Shown one piece after another: positions 7,702 to 15,540 of a stretch of 64,000 bases of DNA. The DNA is taken from NCBI GenBank assembly GCA_036273515.1, contig DASUHM010000050.1, positions 47,246 through 111,245 on the forward strand. Reading direction: 5' to 3'. The stretch is from Gaiellales bacterium (GTDB taxonomy: Bacteria > Actinomycetota > Thermoleophilia > Gaiellales > JAICJC01). The notes beneath the pieces are model-generated. The model was not told the origin of the DNA. It was given only the letters and a program-made list of their open reading frames with translations, and searched no databases. The translations under genes were made by a program, and so were the position numbers. How positions within the stretch are numbered: the first letter of the stretch is position 1; each line of letters opens with the position of its first letter.

Positions 7702-8592
7702 ATGCCGATATTCTCACCGCCGATGGCGGCCAATACCCCGAAGATGGTGCTGCATCCGCTGCGCACCGCGGCCAAGCACGGGCATCCCGTCATCTCGAAG
7801 TACCTGCGCGACCGCGGCCCGCACCTCGCGGCGATGGTCGCCTACTACGCCCTGCTCTCGCTCGTGCCGTTCCTGTTCCTGACGGCGTCGCTGCTCGGAT
7901 TCGCGGGGCACGTCTCGCCCAGCTCCTACCTGATCCGTGAGCTGGCCCACATCCTGCCCGGCCAGTCCGCGCGCGACCTGCTCCACACCGTCCAGGCGAT
8001 CCAGCGCGACGCGGGCACGCTCGGGGCGATCGGCCTGATCGGCCTCGTGTGGGGCACGCTCGGGTTCTACTCGGCGCTCGAGTCGGCGCTGAACATCGTG
8101 TTCGGCGTCCAGAACCGCACGTTCCTGCACCAGAAGTGGGTCACGTTCGTGCTCGTAACGGTCTCGCTGCTCGTGCTCTTCACGTCGCTGATCGTGACCA
8201 CGGCGGCGACCGGCTGGTACCACCGCCACGCGCCCCACCTGGTCGACCTGAAGCTGATCCCGTTCGTCGCCACCCTGGCCGCGACGACGGTCGGAATCTT
8301 CCTCTTCCTGACCGCCGTCTACAAGTACCTGACCAACGTCGAGCTGCACCTGGCGGACGTGTGGCCGGGCGCGCTCGTCGGGACGGTGCTCTTCCAGGGC
8401 CTCTTCTCGGGCCTCTCGCTCTACCTGCGCTTCTCCGACCAGCTCCTCACGCTGCGCGCCTTCGGCGGGCTGGTGCTCCTGCTGGTGTGGCTCTACCTGA
8501 TGGCGAACATCATCGTGCTCGGCGCCGAGATCAACTGGTGGCACTGGTCGCGCAGGCAGCCGGCCGAGCCGGAGCTCGAGGGGCTGGCGTGA
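7702..8592 (+). CDS. YihY/BrkB-family (RNase BN-like) inner-membrane protein
   Basis: 296 aa and multi-TM. Motifs: AAMVAYYALLSLVPFLFL ... LVWLYLMANIIVLGAEIN. The start may be one of the downstream in-frame ATGs (7723 or 7744). Confidence 0.8.
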   Translation: MPIFSPPMAANTPKMVLHPLRTAAKHGHPVISKYLRDRGPHLAAMVAYYALLSLVPFLFLTASLLGFAGHVSPSSYLIRELAHILPGQSARDLLHTVQAIQRDAGTLGAIGLIGLVWGTLGFYSALESALNIVFGVQNRTFLHQKWVTFVLVTVSLLVLFTSLIVTTAATGWYHRHAPHLVDLKLIPFVATLAATTVGIFLFLTAVYKYLTNVELHLADVWPGALVGTVLFQGLFSGLSLYLRFSDQLLTLRAFGGLVLLLVWLYLMANIIVLGAEINWWHWSRRQPAEPELEGLA

Positions 8593-8806
8593 GCGATCCG
8601 GTCGACGCGCAGCTCGCCGCCTACAACGCGCGCGATGCCGAGGCGTTCGCAGCGTGCTACGCCGAGGACGTCGTACGGGCCCTTCTTCGCCGCGGCGCCC
8701 GACCTGCATGTCGAGATCGAGACGCGGATCCGGATCGACGCGCACGTGATCGACGAAGAGCCGATTGGCGTTCGACCCGAATGTCAATTGCAGAGATGGC
8801 ACCTGA
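8589..8806 (+). pseudogene. NTF2/SnoaL-like protein, apparently disrupted by an internal deletion and frameshift
   Basis: GTG 8589 (GTGA overlap with the yihY stop) gives VSDPVDAQLAAYNARDAEAFAACYAEDVV. Family-like sequence then resumes in the +1 frame at 8674 (YGPFFAAAPDLHVEIETRIRIDAHVIDEE). That frame has no nearby stop; the third frame stops at 8804-8806. Confidence 0.45.
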
Positions 8807-8814
8807 CGACGCGG

Positions 8815-9585
8815 TCACGCCCGCGTCCACAGCGCGCCCGAGCTGTACCGCCGCAGGCCGATCCGGAACGTCGTCACCGCCATGAGGGCGAAGAACGCCG
8901 CCGCGGCGATCGCCGCCAGCGCGACCGGCCAGCGGAAGCTCGACACGAGGCTCGTCGGGAGGCCGGTCACGAACGCCGCGGGCACCGCCGTGAAGAGGAA
9001 CAGCTTCGTCAGCCCCCCGAACACGTCGATCGGGTAGGAGGCGAAGATCAGGATCGCCTGGAAGCCCAGGTCGGCCTGCTCGCCGCGCCCGCCGGCGAAC
9101 AGCGTCACCGACCCCAGCGCGACCAGGAAGCCCACCAGCACCACCGTCCCGCAGATCGCGCCGAACACGAAGATCAGCGCCCGCTCGGGCGTCGGGTCGC
9201 CGGCCACCAGGAAGAGCACGGGCCCGAAGGCGAGGTCGCCGAGGAGGGCAGTGTCCACCCGCCGCGTCAGCAGGTAGGTGAGCGGATTCGTGGGCAGTGC
9301 GAGAGCGGCGTCGAGCGACCCGCCGGCGATCAGCTCGCCCAGCCGGCGTGAGTTCGAGAGCAGGCCGAGGCCGGTGCCGCTCACCGTCGTCAGGATCGCG
9401 AACAGCAGCAGCACCTTGTGGGTGTCCCAGCCCTTCAGCGACCCGACCTTGCGGAAGAAGAGCACCCAGAAGATCACCCAGGCCACGTCGTTCGCGGCCA
9501 TGATCCCGATCTGGAACCAGAACCCGCGCCGGTTCGACCAGGCCTCCAGAAACGCGGTGCGCAGGGTGGCGAGGGCGACGGTCAT
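8815..9585 (-). CDS. ABC-2 type transporter permease (DUF990-like)
   Basis: ATG 9585 (MTVALATLRTAFLEAWSNRRGFWFQ...). 256 aa, 6 TM-like segments. ATGA overlap with the upstream permease. Confidence 0.8.
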   Translation of the reverse strand: MTVALATLRTAFLEAWSNRRGFWFQIGIMAANDVAWVIFWVLFFRKVGSLKGWDTHKVLLLFAILTTVSGTGLGLLSNSRRLGELIAGGSLDAALALPTNPLTYLLTRRVDTALLGDLAFGPVLFLVAGDPTPERALIFVFGAICGTVVLVGFLVALGSVTLFAGGRGEQADLGFQAILIFASYPIDVFGGLTKLFLFTAVPAAFVTGLPTSLVSSFRWPVALAAIAAAAFFALMAVTTFRIGLRRYSSGALWTRA

Positions 9586-10358
9586 CCGCCCACCACCTCC
9601 AGCCGCCGCTCGCCGGCCCGGAAGACGCCGCCGGCGCAGGCGAGCAGGGCCACGAGCCACGCCGCCTGCGCGAGCAGGAGCCACGGCTCCACATGCCCCG
9701 ACGCCAGCCGCGCGGGGGCGTACGCCATCGCCGCGAACGGCAGCGCCTTGGCCACGTCGGCGAGCCCGGTCGGCAGGAACTCGAGCGGCAGCAGCATCCC
9801 GCCGAGCAGGAACACGAGCTTCTGGTACAGGAACCAGGTCGAGCGGGCGTCGCGCAGCCAGAACGCCGCGCCGGCGAACGCGTGCTGCGCCGCCAGGTTG
9901 CAGCCGACGGCGAGCAGGCTCGCCGGGACGAAGAGCGCGATGCCGGCGGCGCTCGGCGGCGGCCCCACATAGAGCCAGACGATCACGCCGCCGACCGCCA
10001 GCGACGCCACGAGCCGCACGAGCGCCTCGCCCAGCTCGGCCGCCAGCCGCAGCCCGACGACGGAGGCCGGCCGCAGCATCTCGGTCACGATGGCGCCGGA
10101 GGATATGTCCCAGCCGATGGTCTCGATCATCCGCGGCTTGGTGGCGATCACCGAGCCCTCGGCCGCGGCCACGTACCAGAGCAGCGAGTGGGCGGTGTAG
10201 CCCGAGATCGAGCCGCCGTTGGCCTTCGTCGCCGCCGACCACAGGGCCGAGAAGATGACCAGGATGAGCGCGTAGAACGTCACCCGCACGGCCAGCTCGC
10301 CGCGCTGGCGCATCGTCCGCCGGGCCGAGAGGTGCAGCTGGGCGAGGAGGGCGCTCAC
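9582..10358 (-). CDS. ABC-2 type transporter permease (second subunit)
   Basis: GTG 10358 (VSALLAQLHLSARRTMRQRGELAVRVTFY...). 258 aa, multi-TM. GTGA overlap with the ATPase stop. Confidence 0.8.
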   Translation of the reverse strand: MSALLAQLHLSARRTMRQRGELAVRVTFYALILVIFSALWSAATKANGGSISGYTAHSLLWYVAAAEGSVIATKPRMIETIGWDISSGAIVTEMLRPASVVGLRLAAELGEALVRLVASLAVGGVIVWLYVGPPPSAAGIALFVPASLLAVGCNLAAQHAFAGAAFWLRDARSTWFLYQKLVFLLGGMLLPLEFLPTGLADVAKALPFAAMAYAPARLASGHVEPWLLLAQAAWLVALLACAGGVFRAGERRLEVVGG

Positions 10359-11296
10359 GTCCGCCCCTCGTAGATCTCCGAGATGACCTGCTCGAGCGGC
10401 GGATCGACCACGGAGATGTCTGCGATCGCATAGCTGTCGAGCAGCTCGTCGAGCACCTCGCGCACCGACAGGCGGCGGGTGTCCACCACCAGGCCGTAGA
10501 CCGTGTCGGACTCCGAGGTCACCTGCACGCCGTCGATCTCGAGCCCGTCCGGCGCCTCCTCGAAGCGCACCTCGAGCAGCTTCGTCTGCAGCAGCGAGCG
10601 CCGCATCCGGCCCACCTGGTCGTCGTAGATGATCGTGCCGTGGTTGATCACGACGACCCGGTCGGCCACGTGCTCGATGTCGGCCACGTCGTGCGAGGTG
10701 AGAAAGACGGTGGTGCCGTGCTCCTCGTTCAGGCGCACCACCATCTCGCGGAAGCGCTGCTTGGCGATCAGGTCGAGTCCGATCGTGGGCTCGTCGAGAA
10801 AGAGCACCTCGGGCCCGTGCAGCACCGTCGCGGCGAGCTCGCAGCGCATTCGCTGGCCGAGCGAGAGCGAGCGCACCGGCTGGTCGATCAGGTCGGTGGC
10901 GTCGAGCAGCTCCGCCAGCTCGTCGGTGCGGCGGCGGGCATCGTCGGGGTCGAGCCGGTAGATCCGCGCGAGCAGGTGCAGCGTCTGCCGGGTGGTGAGC
11001 TCGAACCAGAGCTGGGAGCGCTGGCCAAAGAGCGTGCCGATGCGGCGGGCGAGGTCGCGACGCTGGGTCCACGGCACGAGGCCGAGCACCGTCGCCTCGC
11101 CGCGAGTCGGGTGCAGGATGCCCGTGAGCATCTTGATCGACGTCGACTTGCCGGCGCCGTTCGGGCCGATGTAGGCCAGCCGCTCGCCTCGCTCCACGGT
11201 GAAGGTGATGTCGCGCACGGCCTCGACGCGGCGGCGGTCGCGGCCGCGGCCGGCGGTGAATTCCTTGGAGAGCTCGGTGGTCGAGATGGCAAGCAT
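10355..11296 (-). CDS. ABC transporter ATP-binding protein
   Basis: Walker A GPNGAGKST, signature LSLGQRMR, Walker B VLFLDEPTIGLD. Start taken at ATG 11296 (MLAIS...); the track's TTG 11311 lies in a terminator U tract. Confidence 0.9.
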   Translation of the reverse strand: MLAISTTELSKEFTAGRGRDRRRVEAVRDITFTVERGERLAYIGPNGAGKSTSIKMLTGILHPTRGEATVLGLVPWTQRRDLARRIGTLFGQRSQLWFELTTRQTLHLLARIYRLDPDDARRRTDELAELLDATDLIDQPVRSLSLGQRMRCELAATVLHGPEVLFLDEPTIGLDLIAKQRFREMVVRLNEEHGTTVFLTSHDVADIEHVADRVVVINHGTIIYDDQVGRMRRSLLQTKLLEVRFEEAPDGLEIDGVQVTSESDTVYGLVVDTRRLSVREVLDELLDSYAIADISVVDPPLEQVISEIYEGRT

Positions 11297-11307
11297 GGGT
11301 CGGTCCA

Positions 11308-11335
11308 ACAAAAAGCCCCGGTGGGTGTCCGGGGC
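11308..11335 (-). terminator. intrinsic-terminator-like hairpin (attenuator) immediately upstream of the ABC-2 operon start
   Basis: Minus strand reads GCCCCGG-ACACCCA-CCGGGGC followed by TTTTTGTT. The hairpin ends 12 nt before ATG 11296. Confidence 0.65.
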
Positions 11336-11478
11336 GGCGGCGGTGCAGAGATGATGCGAGATCGATCTAGTGCGCGCGACGCCCCGGCCCGGCGGGGTAC
11401 GCCGGGACCATGACCTTCGTCTCGTGGGAGCGACACGTCATCCCGACCACGATAGCCGCACTCCTCCCGAAAGTGCAA
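11336..11478 (-). promoter_or_regulatory. candidate promoter, leaderless 24-codon sORF and antiterminator arm (leader of the ABC-2 operon)
   Basis: TTGCAC (11478-11473), an 18-nt spacer, TATCGT (11454-11449), then 7 nt to ATG 11441. The sORF is MTCRSHETKVMVPAYPAGPGRRAH* (11441-11367). A second CCGGGGC copy (11387-11381) can pair with the terminator 5' arm. Confidence 0.4.
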
Positions 11479-11490
11479 CGGAAATCGCCG

Positions 11491-11520
11491 TGAACAAACG
11501 GGCCTGACCCGTCTATTCAG
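11491..11520. repeat. palindromic repeat, TGAAYAAA...GTCTATTCA subfamily
   Basis: TGAACAAACGGGCCTGACCCGTCTATTCAG is closely similar to 48824-48855. It overlaps the last codons and the TAG stop of rdgB. Confidence 0.7.
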
Positions 11521-12088
11521 GGAGCTTCGGGCGCAGGGCCGCGGCGGCGCGGGCGCGGTGCGACATCGCGTCCTTCTCCTCGGGGGACATCTCGGCGACC
11601 GTGCGCGTCTCGCCGTCCGGCACGAACGCCGGGTCGTAGCCGAAGCCGCCGCTCCCGCGCGGGGCCTCGGCAAGCGTCCCGGTCAGCTCGCCGCGGGCGT
11701 GGAGCTCCGCGCCGCCGGGGGCGATCGCGACCAGCTCGGCGACGTAGCGGACGCGGCGGTCTTCTTGCCCATGGAGCGCCGCCAGGAGCTTCGCCAGGTT
11801 CTGCTCGTCGGTCGCGTCCTCGCCGGCGTAGCGGGCCGAGCGCACGCCGGGCACCCCGCCGAGCGCGGCCGCCTCGATGCCCGAGTCGTCGGCCAGCACC
11901 CAGTCGCCGCCGCCGGTTGCCGCGAACACGTGCCGCGCCTTCAGGAGCGCGTTCGCGACGAACGTGTCGCCGGTCTCCTCGGGCAGCTCGCCGCCGAACG
12001 CCTGCACGTCCCAGCCCGGCAGCACCCGCGCGAGCTCGACGGCCTTGTGCGCGTTCCCCGACGCGAGCACGATCCTGCGGCCGCTCAC
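11513..12088 (-). CDS. rdgB: non-canonical purine NTP pyrophosphatase (RdgB/HAM1)
   Basis: GTG 12088 (VSGRRIVLASGNAHKAVEL...). Motifs: ADDSGIE, GFGYDPAF, MSHRARA. GTGA overlap with rph. Confidence 0.9.
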   Translation of the reverse strand: MSGRRIVLASGNAHKAVELARVLPGWDVQAFGGELPEETGDTFVANALLKARHVFAATGGGDWVLADDSGIEAAALGGVPGVRSARYAGEDATDEQNLAKLLAALHGQEDRRVRYVAELVAIAPGGAELHARGELTGTLAEAPRGSGGFGYDPAFVPDGETRTVAEMSPEEKDAMSHRARAAAALRPKLPE

Positions 12089-12807
12089 GCCTCCCGCAGC
12101 ACCCGGGCCTGGTCGCGGCCGATCGTCTCGATGCCGCCGGCGGCCAGTTCGAGCAGGCGGTCGAGCGACGCCCGCCCGAACGGCGTCCGCTCGGCCGTCG
12201 CCTGCACCTCGATCAGCTCGCCCGAGCCCGTCATGACGACGTTCATGTCCACCTCGGCGCGGCTGTCCTCCGCGTAGGGCAGGTCGAGCAGCGGCTCGCC
12301 GTCGACGATCCCGACCGACACGGCCGCGACCGAGTCGCGCAGCGGCACGCGCTCGAGCGCGCCCTTGCCGACGAGCCGCGAGAGCGCCACGTGCAGGGCC
12401 ACGTAGCCGCCGCAGATGGCCGCGCAGCGGGTGCCGCCGTCGGCCTGGATCACGTCGCAGTCGATCCACGCCGTGCGCTCGCCGAGCGCCTTGAAGTCGA
12501 CGACGGAGCGCAGCGAGCGACCCACCAGGCGCTGGATCTCGACCGTGCGGCCGTCGACACGGCCGCGGCTCGAGTCGCGCGACTTCCGCTCCGACGTCGA
12601 CCCGGGCAGCATGCCGTACTCGGAGGTGACCCAGCCGGTGCCGCGCCCGCGCATCCACGGCGGCACGGACTCCTCGACCATCGCGGTGCAGATCAGCCGG
12701 GTCGAGCCGATCTTGAAGAGCGCGGAGCCCGACGCCGACGGGATGAAGTCGAGCTCGATCTCGACCGGGCGCAGCTCGTCGGCCGCGCGGCCGTCGCCGC
12801 GGCTCAT
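12085..12807 (-). CDS. rph: ribonuclease PH
   Basis: ATG 12807 (MSRGDGRAADELRPVEIELDF...). Motifs: GSALFKIGSTRLICTA and DCDVIQADGGTRCAAI. The rest of the 1134-aa track ORF is an artefact. Confidence 0.93.
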   Translation of the reverse strand: MSRGDGRAADELRPVEIELDFIPSASGSALFKIGSTRLICTAMVEESVPPWMRGRGTGWVTSEYGMLPGSTSERKSRDSSRGRVDGRTVEIQRLVGRSLRSVVDFKALGERTAWIDCDVIQADGGTRCAAICGGYVALHVALSRLVGKGALERVPLRDSVAAVSVGIVDGEPLLDLPYAEDSRAEVDMNVVMTGSGELIEVQATAERTPFGRASLDRLLELAAGGIETIGRDQARVLREA

Positions 12808-13628
12808 GCGGCCACCCGCAGCGTGTCGGCGTCGACGCGCTCGACCTCGGTCAGCGGCAGCTGCAGGAACCGGCCGGCCACGTCGCGGAACGCCGTCGGG
12901 TCGCCGGTGCAGAGGAAGCGGTAGTCGCCCTCGCGGTCCGGGTCGTTGCCGACGCCGCGGCGGGCGATCGTCTCGGCCACCTCGCGCGCGATCTCCTCTG
13001 CCGACGTGATCAGCGTGACGTCGCGGCCGAAGATGCGCTGCAGCATCTGGCGGATGAGCGGGTAGTGGGTGCAGCCGAGGATGACGGTGTCGGCGCCGGC
13101 CAGCTTCAGCGGCGCGGCGTAGGTCTTGGCCGCCTCGTGCAGGTCGTGGCCGTGGGTGTCGCCGCTCTGGATGAGCGGCACGAGCTCGGGGCAGGCCACC
13201 TGCGTCACGTCGATCCCCGCGTCGAGCGCGTGCACCGCCGCCGGGTAGCGGCCGCTCGTGACCGTCGCCTGGGTCGCCATCACGCCGACGCGGCGGTTGC
13301 GGGTCACCTGCACGGCCGCGCGGGCCTCGGGCGTGATCACGCCGATCAGCGGCACGGCGAACTCGCGCTGCAGCTCTGGCAGCGCCGCAGATGTCGCCGC
13401 GTTGCACGCGACGACCACGAGCTTCGTGTCGAGCTCCGCCAGGTGGGTGGCGATCTCGTGGGCGAAGCGGCGGATCGTCGCCGCGGGCTTGGGGCCGTAC
13501 GGGAAGCGGTCGGGCGAGGAGTCGCCGAAGTACACGAAGTCCTCGTGCGGCAGGGTCACCAGGCACTCGTGGAGCACCGTCAGGCCGCCGACGCCGGAGT
13601 CGAACATCCCGATCGGGCGCGCATCCAT
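12804..13628 (-). CDS. murI: glutamate racemase
   Basis: 274 aa. Motifs: IGMFDSGVGGLTV, VVACNAATS, ILGCTHYP. Confidence 0.93.
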   Translation of the reverse strand: MDARPIGMFDSGVGGLTVLHECLVTLPHEDFVYFGDSSPDRFPYGPKPAATIRRFAHEIATHLAELDTKLVVVACNAATSAALPELQREFAVPLIGVITPEARAAVQVTRNRRVGVMATQATVTSGRYPAAVHALDAGIDVTQVACPELVPLIQSGDTHGHDLHEAAKTYAAPLKLAGADTVILGCTHYPLIRQMLQRIFGRDVTLITSAEEIAREVAETIARRGVGNDPDREGDYRFLCTGDPTAFRDVAGRFLQLPLTEVERVDADTLRVAA

Positions 13629-13683
13629 GGGCGCATACTATGGGCGCCGGCCGACGACGGCGCATGGATACAATCGCCGCCAG

Positions 13684-15540
13684 ATGGTCGATCTGATCCC
13701 TCGCGACGTCCTGTTCGGGAACCCGGAGCGGCTCGCTCCGGCGGTGTCGCCCGACGGCAAACGGCTGGCCCACGTCGCTCCGGCGGACGGGATCCTGAAC
13801 GTGTTCGTCGGGGAGCTCGGCGGCGAGGACGCGAAGCAGGTCTCGAACGACCGCGAGCGCGGCGTGCGCGCCTTTGCGTGGTGCATGGACAACCACCACA
13901 TCGTCTATCCGCAGGACACGGGCGGCGACGAGAACTGGCACCTGCACCTGGTCGATCCGGACGAGGGCACCGACGTCGACGTGACGCCGTTCGACGGCAT
14001 CCAGGCCCGCATCCTGGCCGGCGATCGCGAGCAGCCGCACCTGATCATGGTGGGCCTCAACCGCGACAACCCGGAGCTGCACGACGCCTACCTGCTCGAC
14101 GTCCGCGACGGCTCGCTGGCGCTCGCCGCGAAGAATCCGGGCTTCGTCAGCTGGCTGATCGACCGGAAGCTGAACGTCCGCGGCGGGATCGCCTTCCTGC
14201 CCGACGGCGGCGTCGAGATCCGGGTCGGCGACCCGGCGACGGGCGACTACCGCATCCTGCTCGCCGTGGGCGCCGAGGACGCGCTCACGACCGACGTCAT
14301 CGGCTTCACGCGCGACGGCACGGCGATCTACCTGGTGACGTCCAAGGGCGTGAACGCGGCCCGGCTCCTGCGCATGGACGTCGAGACCGGCGCCTTCGAG
14401 GTGCTGGCCGAGGACCCGATCTACGACGTGTCCGACGTCGAGGTCGACCCGGCCACGCACGAGGTGCAGGTGGTCACGTTCACGCGCGAACGGGCCGATC
14501 ACGTCGTGCTCGACGAGTCGCTGCGCCCCGACGTCGAGGCGATGCGCAAGCTGCACCCGGGCGACCTGCACTTCAACGGCCGCGACCACGCCGACCGGAT
14601 CTGGATCCTCGGGTTCACCGCCGACGACGGCCCCGTCGCCTACTACGCGTTCGACCGCACGACCGGCGAGGGCACCTTCCTCTTCGCCCACAAGCCGTCG
14701 CTCGCGAGCTACACGCTGGCACCGATGGAGCCGTTCTCGTTCACCTCGCGCGACGGCCTCGACGTGCACGGCTACCTGACCTTCCCGCCCGGCTCCGACC
14801 GCGCGCAAGAGGCGACCGTGCTCTTCGTGCACGGCGGGCCCTGGGCGCGCGACGAGTGGGGCTTCAGCCCCGACCCGCAGTGGCTCGCGAACCGCGGCTA
14901 CCTGTGCGTGCAGGTGAACTACCGCGGCTCGACCGGCTACGGCAAGGACTTCCTGAACGCCGGCGACCGCGAGTGGGCCGCGCGCATGCACGACGACCTG
15001 CTCGACGCCGTCGCCTGGGTGGTCGCGCAGGGCTACGCCGACCCCGACCGGATCGCGATCTACGGCGGCTCCTACGGCGGCTACGCCGCGCTGGTCGGCG
15101 CCACGTTCACGCCGGACATCTTCACGTGCGCGATCGACGTCGTCGGCCCGTCCGACCTGCGCACCCTGATCCGCAGCATCCCGCCCTACTGGGCGCCGCT
15201 CGTGGCCCAGTTCCACCGGCGGGTCGGGAACCCCGAGACCGAGCCCGACTTCCTCTGGTCGCGCTCGCCGCTCTCGCGGGTCGACGCCATCCGCATCCCG
15301 ATGCTGATCGCGCAGGGCGCGAACGACCCGCGCGTGAAGAAGGAGGAGTCCGAGCAGATCGTGGCGGCGATGACCGAGCGCGGCATCCCCCACCGCTACC
15401 TCGTGTTCGAGGACGAGGGCCACGGATTCCGAAAGCCCGAGAACAACCTGGCGTTCCATGCGGCCGCCGAGGAGTTCCTGGCCGAGCACCTGGGCGGACG
15501 GCTCGAGCCCGCCCGCGCCGACGAAGGGACCGCAGCATGA
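13684..15540 (+). CDS. S9-family serine peptidase (prolyl oligopeptidase / acylaminoacyl-peptidase-like)
   Basis: ATG 13684 (MVDLIPRDVLFGNPE...). Beta-propeller N-half. Catalytic half has the GGSYGGY nucleophile elbow, AQGANDPRV and EGHGF. Confidence 0.88.
   Translation: MVDLIPRDVLFGNPERLAPAVSPDGKRLAHVAPADGILNVFVGELGGEDAKQVSNDRERGVRAFAWCMDNHHIVYPQDTGGDENWHLHLVDPDEGTDVDVTPFDGIQARILAGDREQPHLIMVGLNRDNPELHDAYLLDVRDGSLALAAKNPGFVSWLIDRKLNVRGGIAFLPDGGVEIRVGDPATGDYRILLAVGAEDALTTDVIGFTRDGTAIYLVTSKGVNAARLLRMDVETGAFEVLAEDPIYDVSDVEVDPATHEVQVVTFTRERADHVVLDESLRPDVEAMRKLHPGDLHFNGRDHADRIWILGFTADDGPVAYYAFDRTTGEGTFLFAHKPSLASYTLAPMEPFSFTSRDGLDVHGYLTFPPGSDRAQEATVLFVHGGPWARDEWGFSPDPQWLANRGYLCVQVNYRGSTGYGKDFLNAGDREWAARMHDDLLDAVAWVVAQGYADPDRIAIYGGSYGGYAALVGATFTPDIFTCAIDVVGPSDLRTLIRSIPPYWAPLVAQFHRRVGNPETEPDFLWSRSPLSRVDAIRIPMLIAQGANDPRVKKEESEQIVAAMTERGIPHRYLVFEDEGHGFRKPENNLAFHAAAEEFLAEHLGGRLEPARADEGTAA

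Noticed and set aside
11297-11311. The track start (TTG 11311) of the ABC ATPase, giving MLDRPMLAIS...
   Set aside because: The TTG lies in the U tract of the terminator hairpin. ATG 11296 gives a normal ABC N-terminus.
11336-11490. Known riboswitch class (guanidine-I/ykkC, ydaO, ZTP) in the leader of the ABC-2 operon.
   Set aside because: None of the signature sequences I remember for these classes is present. I kept it only as an unclassified attenuator candidate.
12808-15489. Upstream ~890 aa of the 1134-aa minus-strand track ORF (12085-15489). The same applies to similar giants: 13065-15536 (+), 17357-20065 (-), 3227-5134 (-), 3403-5169 (+), 25407-27389 (+), 31626-34535 (+) and 60586-62133 (+).
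   Set aside because: These are Arg/Pro/Gly/Asp-rich low-complexity translations, antisense to or upstream of clearly recognisable genes. Stop-poor high-GC DNA generates such ORFs. Only the conserved terminal portions were kept as genes.
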